From Schmidtea nova (Eukaryota), in contig CM097883.1 of NCBI GenBank assembly GCA_044892505.1, positions 450,740,001 through 450,804,000 on the forward strand: a DNA stretch of 64,000 nucleotides. Direction: 5' to 3'. Below are positions 26,876 through 51,220 of this stretch, in pieces; the first letter of the stretch is position 1, and every line of letters starts with the position of its first letter. Both the position numbers and the translations under genes were made by a program. A model generated the notes under the pieces. That model was not told where the DNA came from and did no database searches. It worked only from the letters and a program-made list of their open reading frames with translations.

Positions 26876-27001
26876 GTAAATATTCATTACATGAAAGCCA
26901 CAAACAACCAGTCCTTGAATTTATACAAAATAGCAATATTATCACACAGAAATGTCTCCCAACGAACTGCCGAATAAATGTCAGTAACAGCGCCACAATC
27001 C

Positions 27002-39289
<12,288 letters not shown>

Positions 39290-39808
39290 GTTTCAAAAAA
39301 GAGCAAAAATTCAATTTGAAAATATTCCAAATATGTTGACTTTCGTAATAAAATATCCTCCAAACGGGAAGTTATTGTTCCAATAACTTCAAGGCAAATA
39401 ATTATTTAAATCCAAATATTGGAAATATTCGCTAATGAAATTCCGTAATTTATGATAGAATTCAGGTAATAAGAAATAGAATTGATTATTTCTACTCGTA
39501 GAGAAATATTAATGTAAATGCCAGTGACATTTCGAGATTGAATTTACAACGGCTTCCCATAGATCGCCAAAGCAAGAAACAAGCGTTTACCAGCACACAC
39601 AAATACACACCCAACTCCATCTGATTTGCACACATTCATCATTTCATACATTATTGCATTCATACAGTAGCCCATTCTAACCTTTCCACAATCTTATTTT
39701 TTGCAATATCGAACAAATTCTATTCGGATTTTTTACTCAAAATTTTAAATTTTGTTTGTTATTGCAATCCAGTTGAATATTAAATTCAACTTTGATTGAT
39801 TTAAAAAC
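39290..39808. promoter_or_regulatory. Putative bidirectional promoter between the two collagen genes (519 bp ATG to ATG)
   Basis: Divergent ATGs at 39289 (-) and 39809 (+), both in the context aaacATGatt; dyads at 39368-39390 and 39771-39791. Confidence 0.65.
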
Positions 39809-42800
39809 ATGATTATCAATTTATTCACTCGATGCGGTTTCGTAATCTCAATAACTATTCTAGCAATCGCAATCACATCAATTGATGCTCAAGGTAATTA
39901 TAAATAATAAAACTTTATTTATTTTATGCTTTAAGTTATTTTTTTTAATTTTTGACACCCATTTGTTTTGATAATGTCAATACATTTTATTTTTATGCTA
40001 AACATTGATCAACTATTAATTTGAGAAAGTTTTCAGGGTTTTTTAATTGATCACAAGATTTGATTTCATTTCTTAAATCAATTATTTTTTAAAGTTCTTT
40101 AAGTTGAACATTAACAAAGTTATTTTTTAAATATAAATAATTTGGTTGGACATAACAAATATTCAAATACTTATTTTAAACAATTTATTAATTGAATTTG
40201 GAAAGATTTATCTTTATTTTGTTAAAGTAACTAAAAGGATTTGTTTCCTTATTTAAAACTTATTCATTAAAGAATGTTAAAAATTGCAATAAAAGTAATT
40301 TGGCTGTTACCATAGTGAATATTTTCTGAAAGTATAAAATAATTTGTATAAAGTTTTGGGAAGACTAAATGTTTATCGAGGTGTTCAAATATTTTCATTC
40401 GTTGACTGACAGATTGATCATTCAGGCTGTATTACACCAGAGGGACTAAATGTTAAACCAAATGAAGAGGTCAAATTACGGAATCGACCATGTATGACGT
40501 GTAAATGTGATCCAAACACATTAAAGATTTCATGCTCTCTTGATGGGTGTCCACCAACTGCTTGTGGTGAAGATGAAGTTCAATTGTCAGAGCCGGGGTC
40601 ATGCTGTCCAACATGTATAAGTAATAAATATTTATTTATGGTTTTCATTGTCTATATAATCTTTTAACTTTTAGAGAAGCAGCGTAGAGTGAGTTTTAAG
40701 CTTTAACTCAAATATGAAATGTTTTACCATTTTTATTTATGCTTGTTTCACAACATTTGTGATTAAATTTGTAATTTTATAATTAATTAAACTCATTTTG
40801 CATGTAATTTCGATTACGACAGTAATTTTAATAAAATTTTCATTCACCAAAGAAAACAATTAACTTATACTTTTAAAGTTAAGAGATTATCCATCTGGAG
40901 TAACGAGAGAATATACCAAAGAAATGACAACCGTTACCACAACCACAGAAGCCCCCAAAATAATGAAGCCACAAGAAGGCCGTGCTCGAAAATCGGGGCA
41001 AAAAGGCCTTCCTGGACCACCAGGACCACCTGGTCCACCTGGTCCACCTGGAGATCCTGGTACAGATGGAGTCAATGGGGATCCCGGAGATCCTGGAAGA
41101 CCTGGAAAAGTAATATTTTTAAAAACACATCTATATGTATATATAATTTCAGCCTCCACAAGATGTTAAGAAAATCGCAGCAAGATCAAGGTCTGTTAAA
41201 GGTCCTGGAGGTCGAAGTGTTTCTAATTATCAAGAAGTTCAAATGACTATGGTACATTTTCCTAATGTTTATTTGTAAAAAATTATGATAAAACAGGGTA
41301 GATCAGGTGAACCAGGCCAACCTGGTTTAACGGGTCAAATTGGAATAAAGGGTCCCGTTGGAGCAGTTGGTGCACCAGGTAATCAAGGACCACCAGGGTT
41401 ACCTGGTTCTAGAGGACCTCCTGGTATTTTAGGTGAAGATGGTCGACCTGGTCCTCCCGGTCCAGATGGTTTTAAAGGAGCACTTGGCAGACAAGGGGCT
41501 CTCGGACCAGATGGTGAACCTGGCTACAAAGGTCCTCTTGGCGCACCTGGAATTCCAGTTAAAAATTAATATATTTATAATTTTATATATTATCAAATAA
41601 CTTAGGGTAAACCAGGTGACGCTGGATTAAAAGGGGTAAACGGAAATCCAGGGCCAAAAGGTCCATTAGGGAAACCAGGTTCAAAAGGACCAATAGGTTT
41701 GAGGGGATTGAGAGGAGAATCCGGGCCAAGAGGCCCTCCAGGTGCTATTGGAAAAATTGTACATATTTGTTATTTTTCATTTGAACTATTAATCTATTTA
41801 GGGAATCCCTGGTAATGATGGAAATGGAGGAACACCTGGAGATCCTGGACCTCAAGGCTTACCAGGTCCGCAAGGATTTCAGGGAATTGTTGGACCGAAA
41901 GGAAATGTTGGGCCACTTGGATCAAAAGGAGAACCAGGATTTCAAGGGAATAGAGGAGGGAGAGGTGCACCTGGAGCAACTGGAACCTCCGGCAAAAGAG
42001 GATCAATTGGTCCACAGGGTGAACCTGGGTTTAAAGGTGAACCAGGAAATATTGGTCCACCAGGTCGCCCAGGACAAGGAGGAATGAGAGGACCACCAGG
42101 TGTAGAAGGTGAGCCTGGTACCAACGGGCCAAATGGGCCCGAAGGAGATACTGGATTACAAGGATCCCAGGGCATGCCAGGATTGGAAGGTACAAAGGGT
42201 AAAAGAGGTGAAAGAGGTTTGATTGGTATGTCCGGAGAGCCCGGAAAACGAGGTATAAGAGGTTCCCCTGGAATTGATGGATCCCTGGGTTATGCTGGAG
42301 GAAGAGGATTGTCAGGAATGAGAGGTGCTCCAGGACCTGAAGGACCACCTGGTCCAGCAGGCTTACAAGGAGATTCAGGACCTCCAGGTTCAGTGGGAAA
42401 TAAAGGAGCTCAAGGTGATTTTGGACCCGCAGGAGTCCGAGGAAATCCAGGACCAAGGGTAAGTTTATATTTTATATTGNNNNNNNNNNNNNNNNNNNNN
42501 NNNNNNNNNNNNNNNNNNNNNNNNNNNNNNNNNNNNNNNNNNNNNNNNNNNNNNNNNNNNNNNNNNNNNNNNNNNNNNNNNNNNNNNNNNNNNNNNNNNN
42601 NNNNNNNNNNNNNNNNNNNNNNNNNNNNNNNNNNNNNNNNNNNNNNNNNNNNNNNNNNNNNNNNNNNNNNNNNNNNNNNNNNNNNNNNNNNNNNNNNNNN
42701 NNNNNNNNNNNNNNNNNNNNNNNNNNNNNNNNNNNNNNNNNNNNNNNNNNNNNNNNNNNNNNNNNNNNNNNNNNNNNNNNNNNNNNNNNNNNNNNNNNNN

Positions 42801-45800
42801 NNNNNNNNNNNNNNNNNNNNNNNNNNNNNNNNNNNNNNNNNNNNNNNNNNNNNNNNNNNNNNNNNNNNNNNNNNNNNNNNNNNNNNNNNNNNNNNNNNNN
42901 NNNNNNNNNNNNNNNNNNNNNNNNNNNNNNNNNNNNNNNNNNNNNNNNNNNNNNNNNNNNNNNNNNNNNNNNNNNNNNNNNNNNNNNNNNNNNNNNNNNN
43001 NNNNNNNNNNNNNNNNNNNNNNNNNNNNNNNNNNNNNNNNNNNNNNNNNNNNNNNNNNNNNNNNNNNNNNNNNNNNNNNNNNNNNNNNNNNNNNNNNNNN
43101 NNNNNNNNNNNNNNNNNNNNNNNNNNNNNNNNNNNNNNNNNNNNNNNNNNNNNNNNNNNNNNNNNNNNNNNNNNNNNNNNNNNNNNNNNNNNNNNNNNNN
43201 NNNNTTAATTAGGGACCAAGAGGTAAAAGAGGACAGGAAGGACCAGCTGGTGATCAAGGTTCAAAAGGACCTAATGGAGCAATTGGAAATCCTGGTAATA
43301 TGGGACCAGTTGGTATGGTAGGACCAATGGGACCACAAGGTCCTCAGGGACTACGAGGACCCACTGGAGCTCCGGGAAAAACTGGAGAACCAGGACAAAT
43401 TGGTCCAAGGGGTCAAAGAGGTGACAGAGGTCCTCGAGGAAATGCTGGTTCTCCAGGTGCTCCTGGTATACCCGGACAAAAAGGGCAACGCGGTCAACCT
43501 GGTAAGCGAGGTTCAATTGGCCCAGAAGGAAGAGTAGGTCCTGAAGGTGCGATGGGATCGCAAGGCAAGGAGGGTGATCCAGGACCGCCTGGACTTTCAG
43601 GTGATGTCGGTCCAAAAGGTCCAATAGGTGAAAGAGGTCCACCCGGAGATATGGGAAGAGTAGGAAATCCTGGCAAAAAAGGTCAAAAGGGCGCGACAGG
43701 TCCAGTTGGTTTTGACGGGCCAAAAGGATTAATTGGCCAAAAAGGAAATATTGGAATCGTTGGAGGTCCAGGTCCAATGGGGCCTATTGGGAATCAAGGC
43801 ATAACTGGTCCAAGGGGACAGAAAGGGGAAAGAGGAGATGATGGTCCAAGAGGTGTACCAGGACCTAGAGGAAGATTAGGATCACGTGGCGAAGATGGTC
43901 CATTGGGCCCGCCTGGGGATCCTGGAATTCCTGGTAACAAAGGATTACCTGGAGATACTGGTCCAATGGGTGACAAAGGAGCTATTGGAGATACTGGAGA
44001 TCAAGGCCTGACTGGAGATATTGGAGGTCCAGGTCAGACAGGACCACAAGGTGAAATAGGTCTTAAAGGAATGAAAGGAGAGCTTGGAATGAGAGGTGGA
44101 AGAGGAGATCCAGGTGATCCAGGAATTAAAGGAGTACCTGGCTTAGTGGGTTCTAAGGGTAAACAAGGTCATCCAGGCCGTGCTGGAGACAGAGGTCAGC
44201 CGGGTGAGCAAGGAAATCAAGGTCCTTTAGGTCTTATTGGTGAACCTGGAATAATTGGTTCACCTGGACAACAAGGAAGGCGAGGGCCACCAGGACCTCA
44301 AGGTTTAACAGGAAGTAAAGGTGAGCCAGGTGACGCAGGAGCTCATGGTCCTCCAGGACCAGAAGGAAAAAATGGTGATAACGGACCTGCTGGAGAAAAA
44401 GGTGAACGGGGTGATAGAGGTGTTATTGGAATTCAAGGTCCTCCTGGTCCAATAGGAATTCCTGGTCCAAGAGGTTCCCCTGGAAAACTTGGACCTCAAG
44501 GTCCAATCGGAGATATTGGTAATCCAGGAACCATAGTAAACTATTTTATATTTATATTTAATGTTAATTATTTATAAGGGTTTTCCTGGAAACCAAGGCC
44601 CTCCTGGTAGACAGGGCATCAAAGGTCCACCTGGAACAGATGGTCCACCAGGTAAAGAAGGTATGCCAGGTGAAGAAGGTCCGCCAGGAAAAGATGGAGA
44701 ACCAGGATCACCAGGTGAAATTGGTAAACCTGGCATAAGAGGGCAACCTGGAGAAGTTGGACCACCTGGAATTACAGGTCTTGTTGGACCTCCTGGTTTA
44801 AGAGGTGAAACAGGACGTATGGGTAAGGATGGGCCTCCAGGGCCTCAAGGAAAACTAGGAGAGCCAGGATTTCGAGGTAGGCAAGGAGATTCAGGAGATA
44901 AAGGTCCTAAAGGACCACAAGGTCCATTGGGACCACTTGGTGATGCTGGTGAACCAGGTGATCCTGGAGTATCGGGAAATTCTGGATTAATTGGACCACC
45001 TGGTGACGCTGGACCTGGTGGAAATGATGGACCTAAAGGATCACAAGGTCCATCAGGACCAACAGTAATACTTTTTGAAAGACAATTATTGTTATTTTAT
45101 GTTATCTAGGGAAATGTTGGACCAAAGGGAGAAAGAGGACCGAAAGGTGTAGTTGGACCAGAAGGAATTCCCGGACCAGCTGTATTATTAATGACTATAT
45201 GAATGATAAATAATTATTATTTATATAGGGACCTATTGGTTTACCTGGTCCACAAGGAGAATCTGGACAAAAAGGTCCTCAGGGTCCAGAAGGTCCAAGA
45301 GGTCCACCTGGTAAACCTGGAGAAATAAGCACAGAATATCAGTCCATTTTTAAAAGACCACGAACTACTGAGGATGAAGACTCTATAAATGTAAATTGAT
45401 TATTCTTTAATTTTTTAATTTTTTAATTTTGCCCCACAGCTCCAGAATGATGAACTAGTGAGTGATGAAGATTATGTTTTTGATTTTTCATTGTCAAATA
45501 TTAAAGTTTCAGAATGATGAGCCAAAGGCCGAAAAGAAGTCGACCATTGATCCAAACGATGAAGTATTTTTTGAAAGATTTTTTTTTCGTTCACAATGGT
45601 TATTTTGAATAGGATGAAGATATATTTGAGGCTCTTTTAAGGCTCTCAACAATTGTTGACAACCTTTATAAGCCACCCGGAAGCAAGATTTATCCCGCTA
45701 GGAGCTGTGCTGATATCCAGAGAGACTATCAAAACAAATCAAATGGTAATTATAAATTTATCAGAAGTCATTTATTATTAATTAATTAATTAATTAAAAA

Positions 45801-46976
45801 GGTTTTGTTAGAAATTTCATAATTTTGATAGGGTCCTGATGTGTGAGTTATCTTATTATGTTCTAGGGATGTATTTCATCGATCCAAATGGAGGTCATTG
45901 GAAGGACGCAATTCATGTCAATTGCAACTTTGACAGGTTGGAAACATGCATTGACCCAGAAGTGGCTAATTACAAAAAGACTTCATATACCAAAACTCAC
46001 ACATCTTGGTTCAGCGTTCTAGCAAGTCTCAACAAACAAGTATTCTATTTGAAATCCTTTGAAGGTCCGGTTCTATTGTTAAATAGATTTCATACAAAAT
46101 TCCAAAAGAGCAATTAGTATTTTTGCAACTTTCCAGTGAAAGTTCCTCCCAAACTTTGACTTTGTCGTGTGACCAAATAGCCCTTGCTGCCGATGATTCT
46201 ATCAACCAGGAAATCCGGTTCAATAATTCCGTGCAACTGTTTGGAGATGACAACCAAATTTTGACTGTCAACAATGAGGATGAATTGTTCCAATATAAAG
46301 TTTTGGAGGACACGTGCAAGGTGATGAATTACATTTTATATATTATCTGTACTAGGGATGCCAGATTTGACAAATGGTAAGTTGGGAGAAATGATAATTT
46401 GAATAAATTGAAGGAAAAGCAGAAAGAGTTCTTTATTTGCGACAAAAGTTCAAACTAGAAGCCAGTCTACATCTTGTGTGTTCTTTATCCTTTCTTCAAC
46501 GCATTATTAATCCTTTTAAAGAAATGGACACCTTATGACCATAGTCTTTCATTGACTTTCAATTTAAAGACTTGTCTCACTTTACTTCTTCTTCAATTGA
46601 ACAGTTGCGCGGATGACCTTGAATCTTTCCTTGAGCAGAAAGAAAACAATAATGTGTCTCCCTTTATATCGTTTATATTTCCTATTGTATAATTATGTTT
46701 TCAAGATTTTAATTATTATTTTAGGACAAGTCTAACAACGGACGAGTTGTGATAAAGGTAGAACTAGATCGACCAAGACGTCTCCCAATAAGGGATTTAA
46801 ATTTCAAATCTCTCGGTGATTCTCAGTCAGCAGTGATTGGTGTTGAAATAGGTCCAGTTTGTTTCAGTGGACTGAGTGAAGAATCTAAAAACCAAGCAAA
46901 GATTCAACGCCAAAAAAGAGAAGCCCCAACTGATATTAGTTTGAAATCATTATTATCCATTCTATCGCAGTGGTAA
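39809..46976 (+). CDS. Fibrillar collagen alpha chain 'B' with vWC N-propeptide, ~1534 aa, 18 exons: 39809-39893, 40426-40620, 40675-40688, 40879-41109, 41153-41251, 41297-41557, 41606-41758, 41802-42458, 43213-44535, 44579-45064, 45110-45181, 45229-45390, 45440-45457, 45507-45563, 45613-45745, 45867-46039, 46087-46320, 46725-46976
   Basis: Signal peptide [28 protein letters not shown]; vWC (C...CMTCKC...C...C...C...CCPTC); minor triple helix; 339 uninterrupted Gly-X-Y triplets; COLFI (PARSC...[15 protein letters not shown]...ETC...LPIRD...IGPVCFS). Junctions are GT-AG and frame-consistent. Confidence 0.93.
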
Positions 46977-47400
46977 AGGCGAGTCGTCGAGACTTTACTT
47001 ATGTAATTATGTGATTTTGAATGACTTTTTTCGCGTATTTGTTGCGTTAATACTTTGGTCGAATCGGACGCACTACGCAGAGTGTCTAGTGAATATGTAA
47101 AATTTATTTGTGAAACAGTTTTGTAATATATATAATTTATTAACGAAAGTTCACCCCTTTGTTTCATTGGACCGATAACACCAAGGGACAGAAAGTTTGT
47201 TGCCAAGGATTTAACGGCCGATTTTGAACAATTAGGGGCCCCTAATTACGAACGCGCTGTTGATTTTTTTCGATTTACTTTAGTTTTTGAAAAAATGCTC
47301 ATTAGCTCTTTTGCTTAAAAAATAAGTAAACAGAAATAAACATAATTATATATTCTTTTAATAAAAAACGCCAATGAAAAAATTAAACTATTTTAAAATG

Positions 47401-47960
47401 CTCATTTTTGAACATGGTCGACCGAAGGGAGTGCCCAATATTAGTGATCATAATAAAATCTGTAACAGATAGATTGGCATGTCTGATTTTATCAAAATAT
47501 CAAAATAAATCATTATGAACGCATTATATGTGAAGTGTTGTTAATAAGATCTTTAAATCCAAAAATTAATGTGCAGAATGTGGTGAGCATGTGCATTTTG
47601 AATGTTTTTAAATAATTTGGATGTCAGTATGTATGTGTTGTTGTATTAATTAAATTGAATGATGAGATTGGTTTAGTTAGAATTAAATAAATAAATTTTT
47701 TAAATATGTTAAAAATTTATTAATTGTAATTTTATGAATCATATTAAAATTAATTTTTAGATTGAATTTTTAATAAATTAAAATTATATTTAAAAAAAAT
47801 TAAAATTTAAAACTTTGTCTAAATGTTTTTTAAAATTGTTTTAATAAATTGAATTTAATATAGTTTTTTCCTGGATTCCTGAAGATGATATGGAGTCTGT
47901 CGAATATATAGTACGGATGTTATATGAGTAACGACTTAAATTATTTTAAATAAATAATTT
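47401..47960 (+). mobile_element. Decayed Penelope-like 3' end (GIY-YIG C-terminus plus pseudo-LTR)
   Basis: EHGRPKGVPNISDH...ERIICEVLLIRSLNPKINVQ is homologous to the 35208 ORF C-terminus, with stops and a frameshift; a degenerate hammerhead-like core lies at 47879-47911. Confidence 0.8.
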
Positions 47961-48473
47961 AAAAAATTTTGTAAATAATTTTAATAAAAAATAATTTTTA
48001 GATCGATTTTTAAATAAATTAAAATGTATTTTTGTTAAAATAATATTTAAAATTAATTTAATTATATTTTATAATTTGTTTATATGAAAGGGAGTATTTT
48101 GAAATATATAGAAAGAAGGTTATATGAGTGACGTTTTTAATTAATTAAATCTTAACCATGTTTATTTAAGCTAAAAATATATTTTTTATCATTACCATCT
48201 ATTAATTTAATCTTTGATATTTTCTTTTCTAATTCAGAAATTTTCATTTTTTATAAAGACACTTGTAAAAGGCTATGCCGAAAATCGTTGTATTTTAAAA
48301 AAATTTGATCTACTCAATAAAAATGAAAATTTCTGAAATAAATGTTTACCATTATATATTAATTTACATTTACAAATTCTATTAAAACCGTTGTTTGTGT
48401 TGGGGTTGTATAAAATTTGGCTAAATAAAATATTGTAAATTGAGCAGAAATAAAGGGTAACACAAAAGGCGTA

Positions 48474-48676
48474 AATATTTCGCTTTTGAAATTGTTGATT
48501 TAATATTTCGCTTTTGAAATTGTTGATTGAATATTTCGCTTTAGAAATTGTTGATTGATTAATACGCTTTTGAAATTGTTGATTGAATATTTCGCTTTTA
48601 AATTGTTGATTGAATATTTCGCTTTTGAAATTGTTGATTGATTATTTCGCTTTTGAATTTGTTGAGTGATTATTTC
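48474..48676. repeat. 28-bp tandem repeat (ATATTTCGCTTTTGAAATTGTTGATTGA) x ~7
   Basis: Directly visible. Confidence 0.9.
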
Positions 48677-49557
48677 TTCTTGCTTGTATTTTTTTAAATC
48701 CTGAGAAAAAGAAAGTCTTTTGGTGATTTAAACAATTTAGTTTATTTTTGTATATAAATTAATATTTGATTTTAATATATAAATATAATGATATAATATT
48801 TAATTAAATTACTGTATATAAAAATATTGTACTAATATATAAATAACGGAGGCACTACAATTAATCAAACTTAATTAATTGAATAGCAAGCTTAAAATCA
48901 ACATTGTCACTGCATTTATACCTAAACGCTGTGATATTACCATAGCAGCAGCCATCCAAAACTCCATAAAAGCAATAAAGTAACCGTCATTGTCATGTTT
49001 ATTATCTCTGCTACACTGATCTTCATGAAAAGAAGACACCTAAAATAGACCTTATGAATAAGTGAATAGGAATCTAGATCAATAGAAAATAATGAAGGTA
49101 ACACGGTTAATCAAAATCCCCACAGTCATAGAAGCTCATTTGGAAGGTAAAGAAATAGAAGTACAAAGATCACAGTGCATAATAATGTCACAAGTCTATC
49201 GGATCTCCACATTGAACATAGAAAAAGATAAATACACACATATACACGCACACAAACAAACACATGCATTCACATGTCCCTCACCATGACAACCATATTG
49301 AAATGATTCAATTGACGGAGGGGTTCGTTTCAGACTTAAACATTCGTGAATGGTATAAATTGTTGTGCATGCTTTGAACCTGATCCAAACCAGTTATGAA
49401 TCTTGATTGAGGCTTTTGAAAGGCGTTTGGTGGTTCGACGTACGATCGGAATATTACTTCCGGCTAAAAATATTCTCAATTAAATATTAATTAAATCAGA
49501 TTGAGTGCTGTTGAAATATAACTAAGCTAGTTAAAAATCTAACTCATCAAATGATGG

Positions 49558-50099
49558 TCACCTTTTGAATTTACAAAGTATAGATACACGAGGAAAAGCT
49601 TTCTTTTCAGTATAACTTGTATGTTGAATAAACAAATTATATTTTATTCCCCCTTTTCCGTAATTTGCAACAATAGCTCCATGGTTTTTGCAATAATAAT
49701 TTTTTGAAAAAACAATTGTCGATTGATTTTTTGTTTTAAACAAGTAAAGCTTTGTGATACCCAGTGCAAATCCCCAATAGCAGACTAGTTTCGAGCTTTT
49801 AACTCTCATCAGTAATATGCAGGAGACGCAAAATTTTTTTCCGCGCCAGGTAAGTATAAAACAAAGTCATAACAACTTTGTTAAATACTATTCCTGGTAC
49901 ACTGAATATCACATCACTTGAATAAGCAAGGTCCTACAGATAATCTGTAACTTGCCTAAAAATGTTTAACAGAAAGTGTTTGCAAGCGCACCAGACTGCC
50001 TTAGCTTTATCATTTCAATCACTTGAAATATCTTTTGAAAAAACATTTGCTATTAGAGATTTGCACTGGGTATCACAAAGCTTTAATTGTTAAAACAAA
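49558..50099 (-). mobile_element. Second Penelope-like family: pseudo-LTR (~49745-49950), possible ORF start downstream, short inverted copy at 50048-50099
   Basis: ~200 bp homologous to 54915-55132; contains a hammerhead motif; 50048-50099 is the reverse complement of ~49730-49782. Confidence 0.65.
49777..49818 (-). ncRNA. Minimal hammerhead ribozyme, helix I with one mismatch
   Basis: auauua-CUGAUGA-GAGUU aaa AGCUC-GAAA-CUAG-UC-ugcuau. Confidence 0.7.
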
Positions 50100-51220
50100 T
50101 AGCAAGCTGTCTCGTTTTATCTCCCAATTGACATTTCTTAATTAATTTAAATAAAAATGACACATCAATTATCCCTTTACTAATTACGCTCCTTGGGTTT
50201 CCTTTTGATATCAATTTTTTCAAGGCTAATTACCTTGTCCGGGTTTCCAACACTACTCAGGTTCTTCATTGGCTCGTGTTCCCCATTAGTCAATTAATTA
50301 ATTAATTAATTTTTCAATCCTTTTCTTCTGGAGACCCCCCCTATTATTTTTATTTTACCATTTTTTGATTCTCTTCACAATTTGAAACACACCCATACCA
50401 ATTTCTCCCACAAAATTGTTATTTGTGACCTTCACCGATAGTCAGATCCCTCTGTAGCAAGGTCAAATAATCAATACTAGGGATCAGTTTTGGTTCGACT
50501 CGGATCTAGATTTAGTCTATTAAATTAAAATATTTACGCCTGTGTTCCTTTTTCGCCCTCAATCACCAAATCTGCATTGAAGCTGATCACTGATTGATCA
50601 TTGAGGCATACCGTGTATTACTGTTCCATTACCTTGTTTGAATATTATAGATTTACGGCCCGGAATTAGATCCACACCTGGCTCCTCATGTTCCGTAGAA
50701 AAGTTTAAGAACAAACCCAACAATTATAATATATTTATTGATTATCAAGAACACAATGCTTGAGCTGCAAGAATGAATCAAGAATAATTTGCAAATCTGA
50801 TTCGACTAATAACTTTAGAAATCTGATTCGTTCGGTTAATAACAGCCGCAACTTATCCCGCCGCCTATTTCCTTCTATGTGACCCAATTGCCTTCAATCA
50901 TTACGTCTGATTGCCATGTTACGTCTGTCCATGTCAAGTCCCGGTTCCCACAATGATTGGTGGATTTTCTCGAATGATAAATGAGGTCAATTAATCAGTT
51001 AGGCTTCCTCCCAAGGACCTCACAGTATTTTTAAATTATTTTATTCGTCTTCAACTTTTAATTTGCCACCAATTATCACTTTTCCCGTAAAGAAATATTG
51101 AATTTTACTTTTTTGAATGTTGAGTTAGTATTTAATCAATTTTTACAAATTGTCGCTTTTATCCAGTTTGTGTAACTGTAACAACCGGTACCAGTTCTAG
51201 AACGGACGATCAGGTCAAAT

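Noticed and set aside
42084-43257. Long X-containing ORFs across N blocks (also 1600-2226, 29978-30773, 37879-38511, 55069-55356)
   Set aside because: Open only because Ns hide stops. The collagen B helix already totals 339 triplets without an exon in the 42480-43204 block.
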